Below the pieces are notes generated by a model. That model was not told the origin of the DNA, did not search any database, and saw only the letters and a list, made by a program, of their open reading frames with translations. 64,000 bases of DNA from Chloroflexia bacterium. GTDB taxonomy: Bacteria; Chloroflexota; Chloroflexia; Thermomicrobiales; CADCWN01. Location of the stretch: NCBI GenBank assembly GCA_046328475.1, contig JAXLWN010000019.1, positions 12,323 to 76,322 of the forward strand, in the 5' to 3' direction. Position 1 is the stretch's first letter; the number at the start of each line of letters is the position of its first letter. This document shows, one piece after another, positions 53,106 to 62,341 of the stretch. The translations under genes and the position numbers were made by a program.

Positions 53106-55325
53106 TCACCGCCGCGCCACCGCCTGATAGATCTCGGCGGAGACGCGCGCGATGGATCGTTCGATCCCCGCCTCGTCGGGGTCGCGCGCGATGAGCACCA
53201 GGATGTAGAGGTTGCCCCCGTCCGCGATGATCCCCGCATCGGCGCGGAGCCCGGTCAGGGTGCCGGTGAGGTGGGCGGCGTTCACGCCGCCGGGGAGATC
53301 GCGCAGCATCCACTCGCGGTCCTGCTGCGCCCGCTCGACGAGATTGCCCATCAGCCGCTCCGACACCGCCGCGTTCACCACCTGGCCCGCGCCGAGCTTC
53401 AGCAGGAAGTGCGCGATGTCGTTCGTCGTCGTGGTGTTCTCCAGGCCGCGCGCCTGCGCCGCCTGGTCGAAGAGCTTGCGGCGCAGCGTCGTGTGCCCCA
53501 TCCCCAGACGCGCGGCGTAGTCGTTGACCGGGCCGAAGCCGCCGAGGCGATCGATCAGCATATTCGCGGCCGTGTTGTCGCTGTGGAGCAGCATCGTCTC
53601 GATCAGTTGATCGAGCGTGAAGGTCGTGCCCAGCGGCCGATCCCTGATGATGCCGGTCCCGCCGGTGCGATTTGCCTCGGTCAGCTTAAAGGTCTCGTTG
53701 GGCTGCCAGTGGCCCAGCGCCACCTGCTCGTAGGCGGCGGCGGCGATCGGCAGCTTGATCAGCGACCCGGCGGGCAGCACCATGTCGGGATCGTCGGCGG
53801 CATAGGTGACGGGGTCATTCAAGCGCACGAAGACGCCGCTCGACGTGCCGGGCAGGCTCAGGATCGCGCGCCGGGCGGTCGTCTCCAGCGGACTCGCCGC
53901 GATTGCCGTCGGGGCCGCCGTTGGTGGCGGGGCCGGGGGCGCGGTCGGGGCCACGGTCGCGGTCGGTGGCACTGGCGTGGCGGTGGGCGGCACGCGCGTG
54001 GCCGTGGGCGGGATCGCCGTGGGCGCGGGGGGAGGCGGCACCGTTGCTGTCGGCGGCACCGGCGTCGGCGTCGGCTGCGCCGGGCGCTCGGTCGGCAGCG
54101 GCGCGGTCGCGGTGGCGGGGTCGGCGTCGCCGTGGGCGGGGCGAGCGTCGCGGTCCGCGTCGGCGTGGCGGTTGCGGTGGGGGCGAACGTCGGCGGTGGC
54201 GCGGCGGTCGCAGTCGGCACGATAACTGCGGCCACGGTCGGCGTTTCGTCTTGCGCCGCCAGGAGCTGGCGGCGCGGTCGCGGTCGATTCCGGGCCATCG
54301 GCGGCCTGATCGCGCGACGAGAGCAGCCGCATGCCAAGCCCGGAGACGACGCAGACGAGCAAGAATGCCAGCGCGACCCCGGCAATCGCGGCGAGGCGGG
54401 CCGAGCCGTTGTCGTGCCTCGCCGCCGGTGGGTTGCCCGGTGGGCGCGGAGGGGTCTGTGTCTTCGCGGCGGCAACCGGACGCGGCGGCGCTGGCGCTGG
54501 CGACCGGGCGGCGCTCAGGGCGGCGCAGAGGTCGCCACCTGCCGCATAGCGTTCCGCTGGCGACTTCGCCAAAGCCCGCAGCAGCACCGCGTCTACCCCG
54601 GCGGGCAGGTCGGGATTGATCGAGCGGGGTGGCGGGGGCTGCGCGGCGATGACGCGCACCGCCGCCGACAGGATGGTGTCGGTCGCGCTCATCGGGAAAG
54701 GCGGCTGGCCCGTCAGCGTCTCGAAGAAGATCACGGCGAGCGCGTAGAGGTCGGCCCGGCCATCGAGCGGCTGCCCCTGGGCCTGCTCGGGCGCGAGGTA
54801 GCGCACGGTGCCGATCTGCGACCCGACGGCGGTGATCGCGGCCTCGCCCACCTCGCGGGCGATCCCGAAATCGGCCAGCAGCGGCTCGCCCTCGTCGGTG
54901 AAGAGGATGTTGCTCGGCTTCACGTCGCGATGCACCACGCCCCGGACGTGGGCGTAGTCGAGCGCGGCGGCGATCGGCCCGAGCAGCGCGAGCGCCTCGT
55001 CGGGGGTCAGCCCGGCGCGCAGGCGGTCGGCAAACGTCCCGCCGCCGAGATAGGGCATGACGATGTAGGGGAGGCCGTCATCTTCGCCGAAATCGCGGAG
55101 CGGCACGATGCAGGGGTGCTGGAGGCGGGCGACGGTCCGCGCCTCGCGCAGGAAGCGCGCGACGAATGCGGGATCGTCGGCGAGGCGGGGGTGGATCACC
55201 TTCACCGCCACCGTACACCCGTCGTCGGGGTCGGTGGCGCGATAGACCTGCGCCATGCCGCCCTCACCAAGAAGGGCGTCGAGGCGGTAGCGTCCGAGCG
55301 TGGTCCCGATCAGCGGGCGAGCCAT
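53106..55325 (-). CDS. Ser/Thr protein kinase with TM helix, Pro/Thr/Ala-rich linker and extracytoplasmic class-A beta-lactamase-like domain
   Basis: Hanks kinase motifs are present (GEGGMAQVY, VAVK, HRDVKPSNIL, DFG, APE). The ectodomain has SLIK (SxxK), HSDNTAANML (SDN) and LTGT where KTG is expected. Confidence 0.85.
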   Translation of the reverse strand: MARPLIGTTLGRYRLDALLGEGGMAQVYRATDPDDGCTVAVKVIHPRLADDPAFVARFLREARTVARLQHPCIVPLRDFGEDDGLPYIVMPYLGGGTFADRLRAGLTPDEALALLGPIAAALDYAHVRGVVHRDVKPSNILFTDEGEPLLADFGIAREVGEAAITAVGSQIGTVRYLAPEQAQGQPLDGRADLYALAVIFFETLTGQPPFPMSATDTILSAAVRVIAAQPPPPRSINPDLPAGVDAVLLRALAKSPAERYAAGGDLCAALSAARSPAPAPPRPVAAAKTQTPPRPPGNPPAARHDNGSARLAAIAGVALAFLLVCVVSGLGMRLLSSRDQAADGPESTATAPPAPGGARRNADRGRSYRADCDRRATADVRPHRNRHADADRDARPAHGDADPATATAPLPTERPAQPTPTPVPPTATVPPPPAPTAIPPTATRVPPTATPVPPTATVAPTAPPAPPPTAAPTAIAASPLETTARRAILSLPGTSSGVFVRLNDPVTYAADDPDMVLPAGSLIKLPIAAAAYEQVALGHWQPNETFKLTEANRTGGTGIIRDRPLGTTFTLDQLIETMLLHSDNTAANMLIDRLGGFGPVNDYAARLGMGHTTLRRKLFDQAAQARGLENTTTTNDIAHFLLKLGAGQVVNAAVSERLMGNLVERAQQDREWMLRDLPGGVNAAHLTGTLTGLRADAGIIADGGNLYILVLIARDPDEAGIERSIARVSAEIYQAVARR

Positions 55326-55404
55326 GTCGCCCTCGCAAGAATCGTTTCCATCGCCCGATTGTCGCCATCGAGGGCGGGTCTGTCAAGTGTTATGACAAAT
55401 CTGC

Positions 55405-55508
55405 GCGAAGTACGAAGTACGAACGACGAAGTACGAACGAGGGGTTACGACTCGAATTTGCTTTTGGCAGGGCCTTAATTCGTACTTCGTACTTCGTCGT
55501 TCGTACTT
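55405..55508. repeat. inverted heptamer arrays (GAAGTAC-type)
   Basis: Arms are at 55405-55440 and 55479-55508. They are nearly identical to the arms at 59012-59047 and 59072-59101. Confidence 0.85.
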
Positions 55509-56597
55509 TCACACCTCGATTCGATACCGCGCCACCGCCTCGCGATCAAACGCGATCCCCAAGCCCGGCTTCTCGGGGACGGCCACCGCGCCGTCGCGCA
55601 GCGTCAGCGGTTCCTCCAGCAGCGGCGCGCTCCAGGTCACCCACTCCAGTTGCCCGGCGGTGCGGCTCGACGCGAGCAGGTGGACGCTGACCTCGGGGAA
55701 GAGGTGCGAGGTGATCGGCACGCGCCACGCCTCGGCCAGCGCGCCCATCGTGATCCAGCCGGTGACGCCGCCGATCCGCTGCAAGTCGGGCATGATCGTG
55801 GCGACCGCGCCCGCCTCGATCAGCGCGCGGACGCCGTCGGTGCCGTAGGCGTTCTCCCCGGCCGTGATCGGCGTCGCCAGCTCGGCGCGCAGCGCGGCCA
55901 GCCCGGCCACATCCTCGGCGGGCAGCGGCTCCTCCAGCCAGCCGACGTTGTAATCGGCCAGCTTGCGGCCAGAGAATCGCGCCTGCTCGCGCCCCCAGCC
56001 CTGATTCACGTCCACGTAGAGTTGCACGCCATCCCCGACCGCGCGGCGCACCGCGTCGAGCGTCGCCAGGTCGCGCGCGGTGTCGCGCCGCCCGAAGCGC
56101 ATCTTGACCGTGGCGAAACCCGCCGCCGCGAACCCGGTCGCCTCGTCGGCCACTTTCGCGGGGTCGTCCTGCAGCCAGCAGCCGTCGCTGGCGTAGGCCG
56201 GGACGCTGGTGCGGCGCGTGCCGAGCAGCCGGTGGAGCGGCGCGTTCAGCAGCTTCCCCTGCAAGTCCCAGAGCGCGGTGTCGATCGCCGAGAGGGCGAA
56301 GAGGGCGATACCGGTGTGCCCGCTCAGCGTCGCCGCCGCCCACATCCGGTCCCAGGCCGCGCCGATCTGCGTCGCGTCGGTGCCGCGCAGCACCTCCGCC
56401 AGATCGGCGACCATCGCCACGGTCGCCGCCGCCTTGCCGCGCGTGAACCCGGCGACGTAGGCGACGCCGCTCGGCCCCTCGTCGGTCAGCACCTCGACCA
56501 GCACATTGATCACCGTGTCGGCCTGGCGCACCGCCGAGCGAATTGGGTAGCGCACCGGCACCGCCACGATCGTCGTCTCGATCTCGCGAATTCGCAT
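55509..56597 (-). CDS. enolase-superfamily enzyme (mandelate racemase/muconate lactonizing enzyme family)
   Basis: MRIREIETTIVAVPV... is followed by the barrel residue pattern VDVNQGW, LEEP and DLQRIGG. ATG 56597 follows GGAGGG. Confidence 0.8.
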   Translation of the reverse strand: MRIREIETTIVAVPVRYPIRSAVRQADTVINVLVEVLTDEGPSGVAYVAGFTRGKAAATVAMVADLAEVLRGTDATQIGAAWDRMWAAATLSGHTGIALFALSAIDTALWDLQGKLLNAPLHRLLGTRRTSVPAYASDGCWLQDDPAKVADEATGFAAAGFATVKMRFGRRDTARDLATLDAVRRAVGDGVQLYVDVNQGWGREQARFSGRKLADYNVGWLEEPLPAEDVAGLAALRAELATPITAGENAYGTDGVRALIEAGAVATIMPDLQRIGGVTGWITMGALAEAWRVPITSHLFPEVSVHLLASSRTAGQLEWVTWSAPLLEEPLTLRDGAVAVPEKPGLGIAFDREAVARYRIEV

Positions 56598-56641
56598 CCC
56601 GCCCTCCACCACCGAATGAGGTTAGCGCCGCTGGGCGGGAT

Positions 56642-57070
56642 TCAGCAAAGTTTGTTGACGCGGTTCTGGTGGCGACCACCCTCGAACGGGGTCGAGAAAA
56701 AGGTCGTGGCGCAATCCTTCGCCGTGTCGCTGCCGATGAGGCGAGCGCCGAGCACGAGCACATTCGCATCGTTATGCTGGCGCGACAGTTTCGCGCTCAG
56801 GCCGTCGTGGCACAGGGCGGCACGAATGTGGCGGTGCCGGTTGGCGGCGATGCTGATGCCGATGCCGGATCCGCAAATCAAAACCCCTCGCTCGGCGCGT
56901 TGTTCTTTGAGCGCGGCGGCCAGCTTGTCGGCATAGTCGGGATAATCGACCGACGCCGTGCTCTCCGGCCCGAGATCGAGCACCTCATGACCGAGGCCCG
57001 TCAGATGATCTTTCAGCTGCGCTTTCAAGTCCACGCCGGCATGGTCGGAGGCGATGGCGATGATCCCCAT
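56642..57070 (-). CDS. rpiB: ribose-5-phosphate isomerase B (RpiB/LacA/LacB family)
   Basis: MGIIAIASDHAGVDLK...GVLICGSGIGISIAANR...NDANVLVLGARLIG...FEGGRHQNRV. Confidence 0.85.
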   Translation of the reverse strand: MGIIAIASDHAGVDLKAQLKDHLTGLGHEVLDLGPESTASVDYPDYADKLAAALKEQRAERGVLICGSGIGISIAANRHRHIRAALCHDGLSAKLSRQHNDANVLVLGARLIGSDTAKDCATTFFSTPFEGGRHQNRVNKLC

Positions 57071-57289
57071 GTGTATCCCACAATCTCTCGTGCGTGCGCA
57101 CATCCGTATGTCGCAATGTCAGGCAACGACCGCTTCCCGGCGAGGAGTATAGCAAGGCTTGTGGCGGCGCGGGTGACGCGCTGGCGGTTGCAACCGCCAG
57201 CCTGCTCTATACTCCCCCCACGCGGGCACTCGCCCCGGGCCAACGACCAACCTCGACCTACGGATTACCTACATGTGCGGGAGAGACCG

Positions 57290-58126
57290 ATGCTACACCG
57301 CATCCTCGTGCCGCTCGACGGCACCGACTTCGCCGAGGCGGCGCTGCCCTACGCCGAGGCGCTCGCGCGCCGCACCGGGGCCAAAATCCACCTCGTCCGC
57401 GCCTCCATCGTGCGCCACCCGCCGCCCGACAACACCGAGGAATCGCGCATCGTCGCCAGGGAGCGCGCCTACCTGGTCGAGCAGGCGCAGCGGCTGGGCG
57501 CGGGGCAGTTCGCGGCCACGGTCACGCTGCAACAGTCCGACCCGCCCGACGCGATCGTGGGGCAGGCGCGGCAGTGGGGTGCCGACCTGATCGTGATGGC
57601 GACGCACGAGCGCGGCCCGCTCGGGCGGGCGATCTTCGGCTCGACGACGGGGAAGGTGCTGGACGACACGCCCGCGCCGGTGCTGCTGGTGCAGCCGGGC
57701 GATGCCGCCCCGTTCGCGGGTGCGCAGCGGGTGCTCCTGCCGCTCGACGGCTCGCCGCAGGCCGAGGAGGCGCTGCCGATCGCGCAACTCCTCGCGCAGG
57801 CTTTCGAAGCACCGCTCACCCTCGTCCTGGCGCTCGATCGCGGCCAATCGAAGTCCGAGCACGCCCTGCGCATCTACTTGCGCGAGGTGGCCGAGCGGCT
57901 GGCAGCGGCGGGGCTGACGGTCCAGATCGAGGTCCGCAGCGGCGATGCCGCCCGCGCCATCCGCGACGTGGCCGCAGCGACCGGCGCGACCGTGATCGCG
58001 ATGGCGATGCGCGAGCACAACGTGCTCCGGCGGGTGGTGCTCGGCAGCACCGCCGAGGCCGTGCTCCGCGCGACGGAGATCCCGCTGGTCATGGTGCGGC
58101 CAAAGGAAGAGGGGCGGGAGGGATAA
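57290..58126 (+). CDS. tandem universal stress protein (two UspA domains)
   Basis: MLHRILVPLDGTDFAEAAL...LIVMATHERGPLGRAIFGSTTGKVL, and a second domain VLLPLDGSPQAEEAL...VLGSTAEAVL. Only the C-terminal 278 codons of the 527-aa ORF are used. Confidence 0.85.
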   Translation: MLHRILVPLDGTDFAEAALPYAEALARRTGAKIHLVRASIVRHPPPDNTEESRIVARERAYLVEQAQRLGAGQFAATVTLQQSDPPDAIVGQARQWGADLIVMATHERGPLGRAIFGSTTGKVLDDTPAPVLLVQPGDAAPFAGAQRVLLPLDGSPQAEEALPIAQLLAQAFEAPLTLVLALDRGQSKSEHALRIYLREVAERLAAAGLTVQIEVRSGDAARAIRDVAAATGATVIAMAMREHNVLRRVVLGSTAEAVLRATEIPLVMVRPKEEGREG

Positions 58127-58174
58127 CCCTCGCCGCCCCTCGTTTTGCTCGCGCGGATATGTCGCGCGACGGGC

Positions 58175-58933
58175 TCAGTCGGCCGCGACCGCGCCGAGTT
58201 CCCGCCGCGCCCGGTGCGCCCTGGCTTCCTCGATCAGCCCGGCGAAGAGGCGCAGGTGCTCGGTGTGCTCCACGAACATCTTCTCGGGGTGCCACTGCAC
58301 GCCGAGCACGAACCGCTTCTCGATGTGCTCCACCGCCTCGATCGAGCCGTCGGTGCTGCGCCCGATCACGCGCAGGCTCGGCGGGACCTGCTTCAGCGAC
58401 TGGTGGTGCGCCGAGTTAGTGCCGACCGTCGTCGCGTCGAGCAGATCGCCGAGCAGGCTGTCGCGCTCGACCGCGACCTCGTGGATCGGGTGCTCGTAGG
58501 AGCCGACTTCCCACGGCTGGCTGTGCTTCAAGTCGGTCGGGTACTCGGTCGGGATATCCTGATAGAGCGTGCCGCCCAGCGCGACGTTCAGCACCTGGAT
58601 GCCCCGGCAGATCGCCAGCGTCGGCACATCGGCGCGCAACGCCGCTTCGAGCAGCTGGAACTCGAACTCGTCGCGCAGGTCGCTGATCCCGTAAGTCTTC
58701 TCGTGGACGTAGTCGTCGCCGTAGCGATCCGGGCGGATATCCGCGCCGCCGCTGAAGATGATGCCATCCACGATCCCGACCAGCTCCTCGACGCCCGCGC
58801 CGCTCGGCGGCAGCAGGATCGGCACGCCGCCCGCCGCCTCGACCGCCTGCACGTAGCTGACTTCCATCCGGAAGATCTCGCCCCGGTTCTCGAACGCCCC
58901 GATCGAGGGCGTGATCCCGATAACTGGCTTCAT
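58175..58933 (-). CDS. gamma-glutamyl-GABA-hydrolase-like class I glutamine amidotransferase (peptidase C26)
   Basis: MKPVIGITP...GIIFSGGADI...PTLAICRGIQVLNVALGGTLYQDI...SAHHQS...VEH. Confidence 0.85.
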   Translation of the reverse strand: MKPVIGITPSIGAFENRGEIFRMEVSYVQAVEAAGGVPILLPPSGAGVEELVGIVDGIIFSGGADIRPDRYGDDYVHEKTYGISDLRDEFEFQLLEAALRADVPTLAICRGIQVLNVALGGTLYQDIPTEYPTDLKHSQPWEVGSYEHPIHEVAVERDSLLGDLLDATTVGTNSAHHQSLKQVPPSLRVIGRSTDGSIEAVEHIEKRFVLGVQWHPEKMFVEHTEHLRLFAGLIEEARAHRARRELGAVAAD

Positions 58934-59011
58934 CTCGCTCCCTTTCCCGCTCGCCCATTGGCCGCACGTCGGGAAAGTATGTCGCCCGGAATCGGCAGCG
59001 TCAAGAATCGG

Positions 59012-59101
59012 GCGAAGTACGAAGTACGAACGACGAAGTACGAAGTAGGCTTCCCAACGGCACAGCCTTCATTCGTACTTCGTACTTCGTCGTTCGTACT
59101 T
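59012..59101. repeat. inverted heptamer arrays (GAAGTAC-type), second locus
   Basis: Arms are at 59012-59047 and 59072-59101. The arm sequences are the same as at 55405-55508 but the loop is different and shorter. Confidence 0.85.
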
Positions 59102-59106
59102 AACGC

Positions 59107-59403
59107 CTATCCCGCCTGCCGCACCCGTTCGGCGATCCGCCCCAGCGACGCCGGGATGTCGTTCACTTTCAATGGTCGTACTACAAAGCGCATCAGGTCC
59201 GCATACGGATGGAAAATCCCGTGCAGCGCCTCGGCATCGTCGGTCTCGATCAGCAGGAACCCCTGCCCCGATCCGGCGAAGTCGTACCAGCCGCGCCACA
59301 GCTCCGGTCGCAGCGCCTCGGCCCTGAACTGCCGGTCGTGCCGCGCGCGGACCTGCTCCATCGTCGTACCCGGATGCCAGGTGTACTCGCAGAAGAACAG
59401 CAT
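59107..59403 (-). CDS. DUF3303-like small protein
   Basis: MLFFCEYTWHPGTTMEQV...GQGFLLIETDDAEAL. ATG follows AAGGAG. Confidence 0.5.
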   Translation of the reverse strand: MLFFCEYTWHPGTTMEQVRARHDRQFRAEALRPELWRGWYDFAGSGQGFLLIETDDAEALHGIFHPYADLMRFVVRPLKVNDIPASLGRIAERVRQAG

Positions 59404-59453
59404 CGCCCCCACTCCTTTTCTCATGATGAGCCACATGATGAGCCACGCGCACC

Positions 59454-59765
59454 TCAGACCTCGCGCTCCTCGAACATCAGCAGCGTCGCGCCACCGGTCG
59501 CGAAGTTCGGCAGATCGCTCGCCGCCGCCGCGCCCTCGGCCGATCCCATCGCCGCCCCGAGCGCGGGCAGCGAATCGAACGCGAGCGACGCGACGAGGTG
59601 ATACGGCGCTGCCCCGCCCGGCGCGGCGACCGGGCCGTCGCTGATAGATAGCGACCGCAGGCCGGGGATCGCCTTCGCGATCGGCGCGTGCGTCTCGCGA
59701 TAGTAGGTATCGAATGCGGCGCTATCGGTGGGATGGTGATAGAGCACGAGCAACTTCGCGGCCAT
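59454..59765 (-). CDS. EthD-family protein
   Basis: MAAKLLVLYHHPTDSAAFDTYYRETHAPIAKAIPGLRSLSIS matches the EthD/TIGR02118-type N-terminus. Confidence 0.7.
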   Translation of the reverse strand: MAAKLLVLYHHPTDSAAFDTYYRETHAPIAKAIPGLRSLSISDGPVAAPGGAAPYHLVASLAFDSLPALGAAMGSAEGAAAASDLPNFATGGATLLMFEEREV

Positions 59766-59915
59766 CGCTCCCCTCGCCTTTCTCTCGCCGACTGCCGTGC
59801 CAACCACGGCATCTGCCAGCAGCATAGGGCGCGCGGCGATGCGCCACATCCGTAGAGATGCGGAGATCACCTGCTGATTTTTTCGCGCCGGGCTACGGAG
59901 ATTGGGAGGGGAGCA

Positions 59916-60998
59916 TCAGCGCACGAGGCGGATGCGCGGCGTTGCCTCCCCGTTGGCGGCAGCGCCACGCAGGCCGCGATCGCTGGCCCAGGTGGCGATC
60001 TGCGCGCGGGTCGCGAGTTCGAGCTTGCCGAGCAGATTGCTGACGTGGGTGTGGATCGTGCGCTCGCCGATCGAGAGCGCATCCGCGATCTGGCGGTTCG
60101 TCATCCCGCATGCCACCAGCGCCGCCACCTCGCGCTCGCGCCGCGTCAGCCCATCGGTCGGCACAGTGGGGAGCGCCACCGGTTCGGCCAGGAAGCGATC
60201 GACCGCGTCGGTAATCGAGCGCGAGTCGCCGAAGTAGGGGATGTGCAGATCGCCGTCCAGCAGTTCGAGGCGAGCGTTCGGCAGCCGCGCGGCGACATAC
60301 TCCGCGCGTGCGACCCCGTTCGGCTCGTCGCGGCGCTGCAAGATCAGCGTCGGCTGCCGGATCGACGGCAGGAGCGCGCGAACATCGGTGTTGTACCAGG
60401 CCCGTCGCGCCGCCACCGCGCCCTGCGGCGTGATCCCGGCGCGCTGGTAGGCGGTGAACCACTCGGTCAGCCCGCTGTCGCCCTCGGGCAAATATTGCAG
60501 CGCCAGGAAGCGCGAGCCCATGCCCCACTCGCTCCCGACGATCGTCAGGGTCGCCTCGGCCCGCGCCGGGTCGGCACCAAACGGGTAGTCGGGAGCCCGG
60601 AGTCCGCACACACCCGAACTGTAGACGATCAGGTGCGAGACGCGCTCCGGGTAGCGCGCCGCGAAGGCGATGCTGATCGGCCCACCCTCCGACCAGCCCA
60701 TCAGCGCGGCGCGCTGGACGCCCGCCGCGTCCATGACGGCGGCGAGATCTTCCACGCGCGTATCGATCGTGAAGGCTTCGGGGGCGGTCGTGCGCTCGGA
60801 GAGCCCCGTCCCGCGCTTGTCGTAGTGGACCACGCGCCGGTGCCGAGCGAGGCCATCATAGAACTCGCGCACAAACGGCGTGTCGCGATCCAGCTGCAGG
60901 TGACTTACCCAGCCGGGGACCGCCACCAGCGGCGGCTCCCCCTCGCCGAGGATTTCGTACGCCAGCGTGGCAGCCCCCGTTGTGAAGCGGATCGCCAT
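59916..60998 (-). CDS. alpha/beta-hydrolase domain fused to a C-terminal LuxR-type HTH
   Basis: PLVAVPGWVSHL...ALMGWSEGG (nucleophile-elbow-like), then LTRREREVAALVACGMTNRQIADALSIGERTIHTHVSNLLGKL. Only the C-terminal 360 codons of the 798-aa ORF are used. Confidence 0.75.
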   Translation of the reverse strand: MAIRFTTGAATLAYEILGEGEPPLVAVPGWVSHLQLDRDTPFVREFYDGLARHRRVVHYDKRGTGLSERTTAPEAFTIDTRVEDLAAVMDAAGVQRAALMGWSEGGPISIAFAARYPERVSHLIVYSSGVCGLRAPDYPFGADPARAEATLTIVGSEWGMGSRFLALQYLPEGDSGLTEWFTAYQRAGITPQGAVAARRAWYNTDVRALLPSIRQPTLILQRRDEPNGVARAEYVAARLPNARLELLDGDLHIPYFGDSRSITDAVDRFLAEPVALPTVPTDGLTRREREVAALVACGMTNRQIADALSIGERTIHTHVSNLLGKLELATRAQIATWASDRGLRGAAANGEATPRIRLVR

Positions 60999-61093
60999 GC
61001 TCACCCACCACCTGCGCCAGGACAAACCGGCAGGGCGTTCGCTTAGATGTCGTGCGAGGAGTATACCACTGTTCCTGCACGCGCCATCGCCCG

Positions 61094-62164
61094 CTAGGCG
61101 CGCGGCGGCGCGGTCGAATCGCGCACGATCAGCTCGGGCTGGAGCAAGAGATCGTCGTCGGGCGGCGAGGTCCCGCGCCCCTCCAGGAGATCGATCAACA
61201 CCTCGGTGGCCCGGCGACCCAGCTCGGCCAGCGGCTGCCGCACCGTCGTCAGCGGCGGTGCCAGGTACTGCGCCACGCCGATATCGCCGAACCCGACGAT
61301 CGAGAGGTCGCCCGGCACGCGCAAGCCCCACTGCCACGCCGCGTGCAGCGCCCCGATCGCCAACTGATCGTTCGCGGCGAGAATCGCCGTCGGCGGCTGC
61401 CTCGCGGCGAGGAGCGCGGCGGTCGCGACCTTGCCATCCTCGTAATAGCTCGCCTCGGTCGCGCCGACCGCGCCCGGTGCCGTCGGCAAACCAGCCTCGC
61501 GCACGAATGCATCGAACGTCTCCCGGAGATGGCGCATCCGCAGGTGGCGCTCGTCGTAGATCATCCCGAGTCGGCGGTGGCCGAGGTCGTGGAGGTGCCT
61601 CAGGGCAGCCAGGGCACCGGCGCGGACGTCCACATCGACCGCGAACGACGGCAGGTCGGGGTTGTTGGGGATGGCGGTGACGAGGCCGCGATGCTGCGCC
61701 GCGACGCCGGGGAAGGGCACATAGCCGAGCAGTTGGAAGCCGAGCAGCAGCGCGCCATCCACGAAGCGCAGGCCTGCCGCCTCGTCGCCGGTCGGCTGCC
61801 CCTCGGTGGAGAGCCCCATGCCGCTCATCATCAGGATGGTGCGGTAGCCGCGCTCGCGGGCGACCGCATCCATCGCCTGCACGACCTCGCCGGTGACCGG
61901 ATCGGCGATGGTCGTGACCAGCAGCCCCAGCGTCTGGCTGCGGCCGGTCCGCAGGGTGCGCGCGAAGGGATTCGGCCGGTAGTCGAGCTCGGCGCTCGCC
62001 GCCTGCACCCGCTGCCGCGTCTCCTCGCCGATCGCAATCGCGCTCGGGCGACCGCCCAGCACGACCGACGCGGTCGTCACCGAGACCCCGGCCTTGCGCG
62101 CGACATCGCCGATCGTCGCACGCGAACGGCGCTGTCCCGATGCCGGATCGCCCGAGCGCGGCAT
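61094..62164 (-). CDS. LacI-family transcriptional regulator
   Basis: ATIGDVARKAGVSVTTASVVLGG is followed by a periplasmic-binding-like core. ATG 62164 follows GGGGGAG. Confidence 0.85.
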   Translation of the reverse strand: MPRSGDPASGQRRSRATIGDVARKAGVSVTTASVVLGGRPSAIAIGEETRQRVQAASAELDYRPNPFARTLRTGRSQTLGLLVTTIADPVTGEVVQAMDAVARERGYRTILMMSGMGLSTEGQPTGDEAAGLRFVDGALLLGFQLLGYVPFPGVAAQHRGLVTAIPNNPDLPSFAVDVDVRAGALAALRHLHDLGHRRLGMIYDERHLRMRHLRETFDAFVREAGLPTAPGAVGATEASYYEDGKVATAALLAARQPPTAILAANDQLAIGALHAAWQWGLRVPGDLSIVGFGDIGVAQYLAPPLTTVRQPLAELGRRATEVLIDLLEGRGTSPPDDDLLLQPELIVRDSTAPPRA

Positions 62165-62341
62165 AGCTCCCCCATTCCGGCACGTCCGCGTCAAGGCGGG
62201 CAGTATAGCAGCGAGCGCGTGGCCCAACCCGCCGCTTGACACCGGTCGCACGCGGCTTTACGATGACTGAAACGTTACATGTACAACGATATTTCTGCAA
62301 ACCAGCGTTCATAGCGCTCAGACCAGACGAAGGAGCACGCC

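Noticed and set aside
56543-58126. 527-aa ORF read as one gene.
   Set aside because: The first ~250 codons run antisense through the rpiB and enolase-superfamily gene ends. The credible gene is the tandem USP starting at 57290, which has its own RBS.
59916-62312. 798-aa ORF read as a single large gene.
   Set aside because: Only the C-terminal 360 codons (from the Met at 60998) look protein-like (alpha/beta hydrolase plus LuxR HTH). The upstream 440 codons are out of frame over the LacI-family gene (61094-62164, same strand).
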